Assembly: GCF_021028975.2 (NCBI RefSeq)
Contig: NC_059429.1
Span: 107,012,001 to 107,076,000 of the forward strand
From: Sphaerodactylus townsendi
Lineage: Eukaryota
Reading direction: 5' to 3'
Length of the DNA stretch: 64,000 bases
In this document: positions 13,110 to 25,479 of the stretch, in pieces
Layout: each line of letters starts with the position of its first letter
Numbering within the stretch: the first letter of the stretch is position 1
Position numbers and translations under genes: made by a program
The notes under the pieces: generated by a model
Told to the model about the DNA's origin: nothing
The model's input: the letters and a program-made list of their open reading frames with translations, nothing else
Database searches by the model: none

Positions 13110-15776
13110 ATACAAGTGTCTCTATGCTAATAGTAGAAGCATTCGACCTAAAATGGGGGAGCTGGAGTACAGAGTTTTGAAGGAGGACATTGATATAGTG
13201 GGCATCACAGAGACATGGTGGAATGAGGAGAACCAGTGGGATGCTGTTATCCCAGGTTACAGGCTCTACAGGAAGGATAGGACAGGGCGTATGGGGGTGG
13301 GGTGGCCCTCTACATCAAAGAGAGCATAGTGTCACATAAAATAGACAATGCAGGGGGAGCTGATTCCTCTACAGAAGCACTGTGGATATCAATACCAGGG
13401 GTGAAGCAAAGTTTAACATTAGGAATATATTATCGCCCCCCTGACCAAAGTGCACAAGAGGATTCTGAGATGGAAAAAGAAATTAGAGAGGCCAACAAAA
13501 GCAAAAGTGTGGTAGTAAGGGGCGATTTTGACTATCCCCGCATAAACTGGAAAAATGCATGGTCAGGGCATAGTAAGGAGAGAACATTCCTGGATATGCT
13601 AAATGACTGTGGTTTAGAGCAGATGGTTGTAGAACCAACCAGGGGAGATGTGATCCTAGATCTAATTCTATGTGGGACCCAGGACCTGGTGCGGGAAGTC
13701 AGTGTTGTTGAGCCGATAGGGAACAGCGACTACAATGCTGTCAGATTCAGTATCTCTGCATGCGACAACAATGTTACATTTGCCTCTCAGAAAGGGAAAT
13801 TTCTCAAAGATGAGGGGATAGCAGGAAGCCGAAAGGAAAAATCAAGAGAGTCAAAATGTCCAAGGTGCTTGGAGGTTATTTAAAACACAGTCTTAAAAGC
13901 TCAGCTGGAATGTGTTCCAAGAGGGTTAGAAAGGCAGCTACCAGTCCAAAGAAAGCCACCATGGTTAACAAGGGAGGTTGAGGTAATTATTAGGAAAAAA
14001 AAGATGTCTTTTAGAAAATGGAAGTCCAACTTAACTGATGAAGAATACCAGAGAGAACACAAATGGTGGCAAAGAGAAGCAAGTTAGCCGTAAGGGAGGC
14101 AAAAAAAGGATTATGAGGAAACGCACTGCGAACCTCAAGACTAGCAACAAACAGTTCTTCAAGTACCTCAAAAGCAGTAAGCGAGCGAGGGAAGCGGTAG
14201 GTCCGTTAGATGACAAAGGAACAAAGGGTGTGCTAAAAGGCGACGGGGAGATTGCAGAGAAGCTGAATGAATTATTTGCCTCTGTCTTCACCCAAGAGGA
14301 GGTGAGGAAAATTCCTGCACCTGAACCAAGCTTCTTAGGAGGCGAACTGAGGAACTAGCTGGGTTAGTGGTAGACAAGGAAGAAGTTCTGGCAGCCATTG
14401 ATAAACTAAATGCTACCAAATCCCCTGGCCCAGATTGCATTTATCCAAGAGTTCTTAAAGAGCTCAAGCATGAAATTGCTGATGTTCTCACATTAATATG
14501 CAACTTATCCCTGAAATCAGGCTCCATCCCTGAAGACTGGAAGATGGCCAATGTCACACCAATCTTGAAGAAAGGGTCTAGGGGGGCCCGAGGAAGTTAC
14601 AGGCCAGTCAGTTTGACATCTGTTCCTGGTAAATTAGTAGAATCTATCATTAAAGATAAAATTATTAAACATAGAAAAGCAAGCCCTGCTGAGGAAGAGT
14701 CAGCATGGCTTTGTAGAGGCAAGTCCTGTCTTAAGCAAACTTACTAGAGTTCTTTGAGGGTGTAAACAGACATGTGGATAAGGGGAACCAGTGGACATTG
14801 TCTACTTGGATTTCCAAAAGGCTTTTTTTGACAAAGTTCCTCACCAGAGACTGTTGAGAAAACTCAGCAATGAAGGAATAAGAGGGGAAGTCCTCCTATG
14901 GATTAAAAACTGGTTGAGGAACAGGAAACAAAGGGGTGGGTAGTGTGGTGGCCAAGTTTGCAGATGATACCAAATTATGTAGGGTGGTAAGAACCACAAA
15001 GGATTGCGAAGAGCTCCAAGCGGGACCTTGGATGTTTAGGTGAGTGGGCTAAGAAATGGCAAATGCAGTTCAATGTAGCGAAATGTAAAGTGATGCACCT
15101 AGGGGGGGCAAAAAATCCAAACTTCACATACACGCTACAGGGGTCAGGGCTATCAGTCACAGACCAGGAAAGGGATTTACGCGGCTTAGTTGATCGTTCC
15201 ATGGGAATGTCAACTCAATGCATGGCAGCTGTGAAAAAGGCAAACTCTATGCTGGGATAATTAGGAAAGGAATTGAGAATAAAACTGCAAAGATTGTCAT
15301 GCCCTTATATAATGGCAAAGCGCACCGCACTTGAGTAATTGTGTTCAGTTCTGGTCGCCACATCTCAAAAAAAAGGATGTCAAGAGATAGAAAAAGTGCA
15401 GAGAAGGGCAACGAGGATGATTGAAGGATTGGAGCACCTTCCTTATGAGGAGAGGCTGTTTGGGACTCTTTAGTTTGGAGAGGAGACGTCTGAGGGGGGA
15501 TATGATTGAAGTCTATAAAATTATGCATGGGGTAGAAAATGTTGACAGAGAGAAATTTTTCTCTCTTTCTCACAATACTAGAACCAGGGGGCATTCATTG
15601 AAATGCTGGGGGGAAGAATTAGGACTAATAAAAGGAAACACTTCTTCACGCAACGTGTGATTGGTGTTTGGAATATGCTGCCACAGGAGGCGGTGATGGC
15701 CACTAACCTGGATAGCTTTAAAAAGGGCTTGGACAGATTTATGGAGGAGAAGTCAATCTATGGCTACCAATCTTGA
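13110..15776 (+). pseudogene. CR1 ORF2, APE endonuclease plus reverse transcriptase, frameshifted with an internal deletion
   Basis: GITETWW, GIYYRPP, GDF, PTRGDVILDL, KSPGPD, YRPVSLTSVPGK, KFADDTKL, LERRRLRGDMI. Confidence 0.9.
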
Positions 15777-15971
15777 TCCTCCTTGATCTCAGATTGCTAA
15801 TGCCTTAGCAGACCAGGTGCTCAGGAGCAGCAGCAGCAGAAGGCCATTGCTTTCACATCCTGCATGTGAGCTCCCAAAGGCACCTGGTGGGCCACTGCGA
15901 GTAGCAGAATGCTGGACTAGATGGACTCTGGTCTGATCCAGCAGGCTAGTTCTTATGTTCTTATGTTCTTA

Positions 15972-16510
15972 TGGAGCACCTTCCTTATGAGGAGAGGCTG
16001 CAGCGTTTGGGACTCTTTAGTTTGGAGAGGAGACGTCTGAGGGGGGATATGATTGAAGTCTATAAAATTATGCATGGGATAGAAAATGTTGACAGAGATA
16101 AATTTTTCTCTCTTTCTTACAATGCTAGAACCAGGGGGCATACATTGAAAATGCTGGGGGGAAGAATTAGGACTAATAAAAGGAAACACTTCTTCACACA
16201 ACGTGTGATTGGTGTTTGGAATATGCTGCCACAGGAGGTGGTGATGGCCACTAACCTGGATAGCTTTAAAAAGGGCTTGGACAGATTTATGATGGAGAAG
16301 TCAATCTCTGGCTACCAATCTTGATCCTTCTTGATCTGAGGTTGCAAATGCCTTAGCAGACCAGGTGCTCGGGAACAGCAGCAGCAGAAGGGCATTGCTT
16401 TCTCCTCCTGCATGTGAGCTCCCAAAGGCACCTAGTGGGCCACTGCGAGTAGCAGAGTGCTGGACTAGATGGACTCTGGTCTGATCCAGCAGGCTCGTTC
16501 TTATGTTCTT
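15972..16510 (+). mobile_element. 5'-truncated CR1 LINE, right part (ORF2 C-terminus, 3' UTR, tail)
   Basis: EHLPYEERLQRLGLFSLERRRLRGD continues RMIEGL from 11620; ends in ttcttatgttctt. Confidence 0.92.
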
Positions 16511-16519
16511 TGTCTGTCT

Positions 16520-16950
16520 TTACAGTTTATTAACATCACCTTTTCTATAAGCATTACTTGATTCTTCCCCTCTGCCTCTCCCAGCTAATTTTCTTTTACA
16601 ACAATATTTAGCTACATGTCCCTTTCTACCATGATTAAAGCAAATTACTTCATTGACGTGATACAGTCTAGATACAAATAAGCCTTTCACTGCATTTGAT
16701 GCTTTCTGTTCCCAGACACTTGATTTTCAAAACTTTCAGGCAAAACCCCAGGATTACAGAAATTACATCTTCCTCCTCCTAAACTTTTCCAGCTGCCCTG
16801 ATTTGCACAATCATATCAACCATCCATTTTAAATGCTCATTCAAATTGCTCCTTTTTTCATTCTTGCACAGTAGAACTTCCTTTTTAGAAGTCTTATTTT
16901 CTTTATTAATTTTCCACAGTATTTTTCTTCCAAGCCTTTCCAAAGATCAT
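16520..16950 (-). mobile_element. Ty1/copia gag remnant (same element as 9960-10850)
   Basis: Minus translation DLWKGLEEKY...LLKRKFYCARMKKG and degenerate zinc knuckle ICFNHGRKGHVAKYC, upstream of the protease on the same strand. Confidence 0.7.
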
Positions 16951-17509
16951 GACCAGATTTGCAAGAGAGATCTTTCCAGAAGCTCATGTGATCCTAGGCA
17001 TGTGACTTCAGTAGTTAACTCTTGCATGACTGAATGAAGCAGGCACCTATACAATCCTAAAAGAGAGGCAGTCCTGCAGATATGAGGGGCCAAAACCCTG
17101 AGGGGCTTTGTATGTGATAGCCAGTACCTTGCTTTCCCATTGAAAGAAAGGAGGAAACAGAAAGGTCTTCTGGTAGGAATGAAGGGGACTGACATTATTC
17201 ATAACAAAAGGTCAACAGGGATGAAGGGATTCAAAGCAGTGTTGCCGTATCTTGTAGTCTTTTATGTATATTAGAAAGCTCTATCCTTTCATACAACCTA
17301 TCGGTAATTAAAACAAAATAGCATGTTTTAAAAGAACCACTTGGGTCCAGGGTACAAGTCTCACATCAGCCATGATAAGATGAACATATAGCCATTTTCC
17401 ACTGCAACAAAATTTGCCAGCTGAGTCCTGGCACAACCTGCCACAACCTGGACAGAAAAGCTCTAAATAACCCCTGTAGCCAAAGAGTTACAAAATTACT
17501 GATCACATT

Positions 17510-17705
17510 GGCTCTGACCCAAGATCTGATGAGATGAAGTTCAGCAGGGTTTGCTGGTTCATGTCTGGCTGGAAGACCACCAAGGAAGTCCAGGGCTGCC
17601 ATGCAAAGGCAGGCAATGGGAAGCTGCCTCTATTCGTCTCTTGCCTTGAAAGCCCCATGGAGTTGCTGTAAATCATTTCTGGCTTGATAGCACTTTCTAC
17701 TACCA
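17510..17705 (+). mobile_element. 5S-headed Sauria-type SINE, degraded
   Basis: cagcagggtttgctggttcatgtctggctggaagaccaccaagg...caggcaatgg...gccttgaaag, homologous to 7580-7765. Confidence 0.6.
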
Positions 17706-19371
17706 CTTGCACATATTTGAAATACAGAGCAATTTTACTCTTTGTTCCCATTCTCAACAACTTAATGATTCCATCGCTGTGCAAATTGTTCAAAGCAAGT
17801 CAGAATGCACGGATAACAATACCTGGTTGTTCACATACACCTATGGAATCTCCCTCCAAGATCTACCTGCTCCGTTTTTGAGCAACTGGAAGACCTTCAT
17901 GTCCAGTCTAGCTTCAGTAGCCAAGAAGCAGCTTTGAATTAGGTATGAGTTTTTAATGTGTTGTATTGACTCATACAATGTTTTTATGTTGTAACATGCC
18001 TTAGGGCAGGCCTAGCAGTTTGAATGATAAAAACATGCCCTTAAAACTCTTGCTTCTAGTGCAATTTTAACGCTTTTTTTTCTGCTGAGAAAAAGGCATT
18101 AAAAATAAATGATGAGTTTGTTTCTCTGTCTCCAAAAGGAGCTGGAAGGCATTTTCCAGCTCTCCAGATGTAAGCTTCATTGCCCCTCCCAACACTAAAA
18201 TGCTCTTTGTGTGTGCACGCATGCATAAAAGCTGTGTTCTGACTGACTCCTTCAAATGAGAATTGAAGTCATGCTGAACGTAGGCACAAGCCGAAGCCAG
18301 AAAGATCTGCCAATTCACTCCCGATGAGATATGGGTGCATTTTCAAATCATAACTAAAAAGCTACTGACATTTATTAGGAAGGAGATGACATTAATCTCA
18401 ATGGAGCTTACTTCCCAAAAAAACTCACGACAGTCCCTAACACTTCAAGAAATTGGGTTGGGCCTACTTTTAGTATTCCCCTCTCCCCACAATCTCTATC
18501 CCAGTTTTTTTTTTCCATTGTAAAATTCCTGGTGGGTTGTGCAGGATGTCTGCCGAAGCTCAGACTGAGTCCAGGGCTGCTTTGTCATGTGGTTTGGAAA
18601 CACCTGGGGATGCAGCATGAGGAGGGCAGGGTTTCAGAAGAAGAGAGAGTTCAATGGCGTATAACGCCAGAGAGCCCACCCTAAAAAGCAGCCATTTTCT
18701 CCAGAGGGAGATCATCTGGAGAACACTTGTAATCCCAGGAGATCTCCAGCCACTACCTGGAGAGTTGCAAACCTATGTGGAATACAGCTATCCCCTCCAG
18801 TGCTCACAAAATTATTACAGAGCCAATTCTTAAATTGTCAGTAGACTCTGGCTTACTTATAAAATGTATGTTAGCACATCAAGTTAATATCACAGTACAT
18901 CTTTTAAGACTACAATGCCAAACTAATCATACTTGTGTGTATTTTCTCTTAAGTGCTGTCATGAGTATCAACCACAGAGCTTACCTTGAGAAAAAAAATG
19001 GTTTTCATTCTGTGTTCCACAGAATCTTGGAGTTTCTTGGAAGCTTATCAGACCTTTTGCAAGAAGTTCAGCAATAGCAAGTTCAAGAATATGAAAGTCA
19101 GAAGGCCTGGTACTGTCTACTTCCTGTGATATGCAGCTATGTGGAAGCATGGGGTGTATTCTAATTCACAACAATCACACAGAACACCGGTGGAGAATTA
19201 CAGGTCCGGTCCAGTCCACATCCTGTGCAAATCAAATGTCTACTTTAGCACCCTTCCCAAAATCCTCTGCAAAGCTCTGGGGTTTCTTAGCAACAGTGTA
19301 TTGTTGAAGAGCCCTGTGGGGATAAAGTAGGATATAAAATAAATAAATAAATAAATAAATAAATAAATACA

Positions 19372-19490
19372 AGACATTCACAGCTGGAATCAACTGGCTT
19401 TTGTGGGGTTTCCAGGCTGTGTGGCTGTGGTCTGGTAGCAAAAACTATCAGACCACAGCCACACAGCCCAGAAAACCCACAACAGTCAGC
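19372..19490. mobile_element. Penelope-like terminal fragment with inverted duplication, next to an L2 (aaat)n tail
   Basis: ggctgtgtggctgtggtctggtag / ctatcagaccacagccacacagcc inverted pair; family assignment is from recalled similarity to squamate Penelope ends. Confidence 0.45.
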
Positions 19491-19959
19491 TAAAAGCAGA
19501 ATATTTAGAAACACTCACTTACAGAGCAAGATCTCTCCATTCTACCCCACCCCCAAATATTTCAAAGCAAGATATGTTGGGCTCAACCAACTCTGTGTTG
19601 ATGAAAATAATCAGACAATGTTCACATCTCTAATCTGCCTCCGTTAATCCTCTTAAACTGTTGTGCTCCAGATGTGTTGGGGAGGTAACTGAAACACAGA
19701 CAATGCTCAGTAGAACTTGCCAAGAAATAAAAACAAACAGCATCTGCTTCCTTGAGTGCATTCAGTGTCTATTTATATACTCTTCTATGCCTCTTCGCTG
19801 CTAAGGCTTTGCAGGAACAGCATCAGCTGGGGGAAAAAACAGGACAATTAGGAAGGAATTTCTGTAACATTCTCTAAAATCCAATTAAAAGTACCCTACT
19901 GGCTTAAGTCCAGCCATGGCATAGTCCCTTTCTGTGCTTGATTTGCGCGGTTTGCATGG

Positions 19960-20830
19960 GATATGAGTGGCCGTTCCACTGTAGCAATCAAGAGACTGTG
20001 GTAGAATTGTCTTTCATGGATCAGGAGTTAGACTCATGGTCTACCATCAGCCATGTGGCAGAATTTGCCACTTGCTGGCAAACATTGGAACAGAGATTTC
20101 AGCACTGCTCTACCGACAGCAGATGTGGAGGTTGACGTCCATGTCCACAAGGTTCAGTCTGGTGAGGAAGGCAGCAGAGGATGCCTAGCCTTGTGTGGAA
20201 TGGGCCCAGACCCCCAAGGGACATTCCACCCTAAGATATAGGACTCCCTTTCAAACCCATTGGGACAGAGTCTGGGCAGAGACAGCATGCCCCTCATGTG
20301 TCCCAATGAAAGCAATGAATAAAGCCTGATCCTGCCTAAACTGTTGTGTCCTTTCTGAATAAGACAACAACAACTAGCATAAGTCCAGAGTGTGCAATCC
20401 CCTATCTGCTTCTGAGGAAGGATGGGGGGGGGGGGATGGTAGGCACAAAAAGCTTGGGATAGATGGAACTGACAGACCACCTTGGGCTGATTATCTAAAT
20501 TAGGATGCAGAACCATCCTATCGTCATGGAATTTAAGGAAAGGCAGTGCAGAGAGCAGAGCCCTGAGATCACTGACCCACCTCACCATAGTGACAGCTAC
20601 TAGAAAAGCTGTCTTATAGGACACCAGAGACAGATTGGTGGTGGCCATAGGTTTGAAAGGTTTACCCATCAGCTGAGCCAGAACCAAAGACAGGCTCCAT
20701 TGTGGACACTCATGGATACAGGTTATTCAAACTCTTGAGGAACCTGGCACAAAATGGGTTGGCAAACAAAGGAGCAAAGTTTATGCCCACATGAAAGACT
20801 GAGATGGCTGCTAAATGCACTTTCAATGAT
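19960..20830 (-). mobile_element. DIRS-type tyrosine recombinase remnant
   Basis: LAQLMGKPFKPMATTNLSLVSYKTAFLVAVTMVRWVSDLRAL...PFLKFHDDRMVLHP..PKVV..FHLSQ, plus frameshifted AHSTQG*ASSAAF (HxxR-box remnant). Confidence 0.85.
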
Positions 20831-21678
20831 GAGTTAGCTAAACCAGAGTCCTTGAATGATAATAGTCAAACAGAACAGGCAATGTATAGATGACTGGATC
20901 AACATTATGCTGAGTCATCCAACACACAAACTGCCGTCACTTGGCCTCATAGGAGCAGTAGGTAGATCTTTTATGAGAAGACAAAAGCACTTCCTTGACC
21001 CTGATGGACCAATTAGTCATTCCATCATAAACAATGAGCAAGTGGGGGTTTGTACACTATAAATGAAAACAGAGGAAGTGCACTGAACACAACTAGCAGC
21101 AATAGCTGTGTAAGATGAGAAATATTTACAAGGTGAAAAACCTTTAAAAATTATTCAGAGCAAACCCCAAAAATTCTTTGGTGTCATAATCTATTTACAA
21201 CATGTACAAAAGCTCAAAAGCGCACCAATAGTGCTGCATGATAATCATACTTTTTTCAAGCAGTCAGTTCAAAAAACTCAGTACAGTTAAAATCTCTAAG
21301 AACACATCAATGAAAATTCCTCATTAAGGATTATTTTCTCTTACAGATAAGAGCACCCACTAAACCTAGCCAGTGTTTTGATATGATTCGACTTTGTACA
21401 AGACTTCAAGGGCAAATGGTGCAAGGCTGAACACACTCAAACGAAGTCAACTTTATGAAAAGGAATGAACTTTATTGATTTGTTTTGCCCTAGCTACAGG
21501 GTGCTGGAACTGGCTTTGGTCAATTCTACAGGTGTCTTGGAGGAAGAGCCAAGTCCTGTGTCCATCTGAGCAGCAGCAGCATTGTTTGGCGCCAAGGCTT
21601 TCTCCACTGCATCATGCAGTGAAAATGCAGGAGGAAGATGACTACACATCTGAGATGATCGACTCTGAATACTGTGGC

Positions 21679-22300
21679 TGTTGAGGGGTGCGGTACTGAA
21701 GCGGGGTTCACACCCCAGATAGCAGGGAGTTCTGTAGAGTTCTGTACAGAAGAGTTCTGTAGAGTTTCCTTGTCAGCATTATCTTTACACCCACGGTCTC
21801 TCGCTGATATAAAGCCTTCAGAGCTTGCCAGCAACTTTGAGCAGACGGCAAATCCTTTAGATGCAGGCGTTATGTCTCCACAGCCAGAAGAATGGACCCA
21901 CAAGCCTTCTCCTCTGCCCGAACCTCTTCAGGAGTGGGATTTGCAGGAGGGTCATTTACAGGCGCCCATAAATCCTCTCTCAGGAGATAAGCTTGCATCT
22001 GCACACTCCATGTTGCATAATTCCTCTCATTCAGCCTTGTCACAGGCATATAGGCTGAGGATGAAGCCATCTGGACCACCAACACGCTGTCAGGACGGTC
22101 ACACACAGTACCACACAGTCCTTACTCATGAGTAAGCCTACTGCCTGGGCCCATAACCTGTTAGGGGTGCAGTACTGAAGCGGGGTTCACACCCCAGATA
22201 GCAGGGATGTGCAACATTCACACTGGAACAAACAGCAGGAACTGAGATGCACACAGCTATATCAGCTTCCCAGAAATGGTCCTTCTTTATTAGGTTCACA
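21679..22300 (-). mobile_element. Internally deleted Ty1/copia element: 5' LTR part, PBS, gag N-terminus, end of 3' LTR
   Basis: 50-bp direct repeat 21679-21728 / 22159-22207 ending ..aaca on minus; PBS ggttatgggcccag (22145-22158); gag LNERNYATWSVQMQAYLLREDLW; aataaa on minus near 22290. Confidence 0.85.
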
Positions 22301-24589
22301 GCAATGTTGCTCTCTCTGACCCACCACTACCATTTATAATCTGCCTTTCCTTTTGGTTCAAGGCAGTCTGCAAGTAGCTATCTAAACAGTAAGGATTAAA
22401 ATCAAATAACCCCTCCTCTAAATACTTTCCTCCCCACATAAGAAGCCTGCTGTACAACAATATCTCACCAGTTACTGTTAGGGGGGACTCACAACAGAGT
22501 AAAACATTACAAAAGATCATTTTATTTGCAAGCAAGCTATAAAAATGCTCATTAAAAAACAAAAATCACACAGCAGGAAGGGACTAACAACTGAACTATC
22601 ACAATAAGGCATGCACAGTGTTTTCAGGGTCTTGAAAGACATATAAAAACATTCCTGCTAAAAAAGTTGCAATGACATACATTGATGAAATTCAGCAGGG
22701 AACTAATTTTACAGCCTAACTGAGTTATTAAGATGATGCATCTGAAAAGCTCTGAACACTTAGCAGAAGCATTGCACAAATACTACTATTATGTACATTT
22801 CGAAGTGAATTCAAAAAGGAGGAATCGGAGGGAACACCTGAGTGCTTTGGATTCCAGTCATTCTGGCCCAATTGCCTAGGCAGGCAGTTCTTTAGACTGT
22901 GTTCCTAGAGCTGTGAAGATAATCCAGCCAGAAGTCTATGCACAGATTGAGCTTTGTGTCATCGATAAAACCTGGTCCACTTCTAAGTTCTGATTTTAAA
23001 CTGGAAATTGTTAAAATGATTTGGGACAGTGGCATGACAGTCAGCTACATTCTGAGTAGTAGTCCCGGTCATAGAACTTTTTGATTTATACTTCTTTCCT
23101 GGAAGGTACAGTTCTTCCATCACAAGTTGTTGTATTAATAAAGACTTTTTCACCCCGTATCCCTCCAAAATGTTTTGGTTGGAAATATCTTTATTAATGT
23201 CTTTATTTTTTATTAATGTATTCAAATATATGTATCTTTTATTTACATTCATATGCATATTCATGTATATGTATCCTTCAGTTTCTATATCCAACAGAGA
23301 ATTTCACAAACTTAAATAACACAAAAACTGGAATGTTTGACTCTCTGTCAAATGGAAACATGTTTTATTGGTGTTTGATAACCAGTAGATACTTGTAATC
23401 GGTGGATCTTTCTAATTCTAAGAAACCCTGCCGAAATCCCACGGAATCAATCATTTTTAGAGTTTGAGGATGTATTAGGCTGGGGCATGGTGCTGGGGAA
23501 AGGGAGTTAAGCTTTCCTTCCTCACACACTATTTCCCTGATCAAAACCATCCCCTTTGATTACTTTTAGCATCACAGAACAAAGACAGGCAAAAAAGTGC
23601 CTGTCTTTTTCCTACCAAATCAAAAACACCTGGAAGCAGCAGGGTGGCGAGGGAACAGGAACATGAAAATGTCAAGAGGGGAGTTAACCCCATGGCTCCA
23701 ATCCATGTTATTTCTTTCTTCGTTCCACGTGAATCAGTGGATCAGCACATATTGTCTAAGCTTTCTTGCAGTATCTCATGCCCAAACAACAAGTGCGGGG
23801 AGTTAAAGGCTACTTCATTCTAATAGAGAGCCATCTGCTGTTTGTATGTCTAAAGAGAATAATGGGTGCAATCCAGCCAAAGCTAATCACTTAAGTCCAT
23901 TGATTTTTTTTTACCCAAAAGGATTGTTAAACATGTGTTTAAATCTCTCCTATGAAATCAACGGGATTTTAAAGTGATTAACTTTGACTAGCAAATGCCC
24001 AATTGGGTTTTTTTTTTAAAAAAAACCCCGCAACAAACCTTTCCACCAGGATTCTCAATCTCATTGGCACTGGTCTGGGATTTAATTTTGTATTGTGAAG
24101 TCTGAGCAATGTGCTTGAATAAATTCTCTGGGTCATGTACTGACTGACATAGTTCATTGCCAAAAAAAAACTAGTCTCTGCAGTTAAATTGTACTTGAAG
24201 GTTCTTCACCATCAGTGAAAAGCAGCAGTTTCTGGATCTTGAGACAGTGCCTGCAAATAAATTAATCCATCTCAATTGGCTATTACTTCCTTTCTCTGGT
24301 CTTCTTTGCCTTATGTTTTCCTGACTGTGCCAGAGGGGAAAAAAGGCAGAAAAGGCATTCTTTGAATAGAATGGCTTAAGAGAAGAACAAGGTGTTACAA
24401 GAGGCACAGAAATGTCACCAGTACATGTCTGTTGCCACATGTGGTTAGGGACACATCTCTGTGTTAATACATGTCTCTGTGAACATGGGTTTTGTGCCAA
24501 TTAGCTTGGTTCTAATAAAAGATATTGCATGGATTTTTGTTCCTGCATGAATGAGGCTGACTTTTTAATTTGGTCTAAATTCACTCTTG

Positions 24590-24700
24590 GGAAGACGGTC
24601 AGGAAGTTCTTCCTAATGTTTAGGTGGAATCTCTTTTCCTACACCTTGAATCCGTTACTCCGTGTTCTAGTCTCTGAGGCCTCAGAAAACAAGCTTTCTA
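24590..24700 (-). mobile_element. Old CR1 ORF2 3' fragment
   Basis: gtcaggaagttcttcctaatgtttaggtggaatct is the reverse complement of the CR1 RFHLNIRKNFLT region. Confidence 0.6.
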
Positions 24701-25479
24701 TAGTACAGTATCCTTAAGGGCTGGAAACTTGTTTTTGTTTTATAAATAGTAAGGTACTGGGATTCTTAGAATAATGAATTGTGCATCCTGTGGCAGTTTC
24801 TGGGTTTCCACATACAGTGAAGAAATATGATGGGCCTCATCTCTGAATCATTCAAAACATTAATCTTTGTTAATCCTTCTGTCAAAATATCAACAGTAGT
24901 CTTCATGTGATTATAATAGTTTTTCCCACTCTCCTCCAAACAAATCAAGTAAGTCTTTGGCCACCCCTGCTGGTTCCACCCAGTCATAATTACCCTTCAG
25001 TCACTTTATCAGTTATTCTCCCCTTCAGTGACTTGAAACAATCTCTTTACTCCAGCAAAACCTGAAGTGACCTCCTCCTCTTTCTCTTGTCCTATTTCTC
25101 CTCCTATTCCTGTCAATCTCTAAATCTCTCCCAAGTCCCTTATTTTGCAAGCAATACTGGATTAAAAGTTATGGGGGTCAACTACACAGCTACACGGGGG
25201 GACAACAATCAGTATTCCCCAAACAGACAAGGTAGGTGGCCATTTTTTTTCAGCAAGCCATTGAAACAGGTGCCGTTAACAGCAGCTCCTGGAGCGATTA
25301 GCAGGTGATAATGGTTCTCTCCATGCTGTGAAAAGTTTCAGCTACTGGTTTTCACACATCAAGCTGCCATTTAAAGTCACAAGAGCAAACAAAGTTCATT
25401 TTATGATGTTAGCAACCTTAGATCAAAGTAACGAGATAGGTGTGTGTATGCACATTCCAGAATAGACTTTTTAATGCCA

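Larger units (their letters stand above)
11627..15971 (+). mobile_element. Near full-length CR1 LINE (5' UTR, ORF1, ORF2, 3' UTR, (ttcttatg)n tail)
   Basis: Esterase-type ORF1, EN+RT ORF2, octamer-repeat tail; flanked by tggag at 11622-11626 and 15972-15976. Confidence 0.92.
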
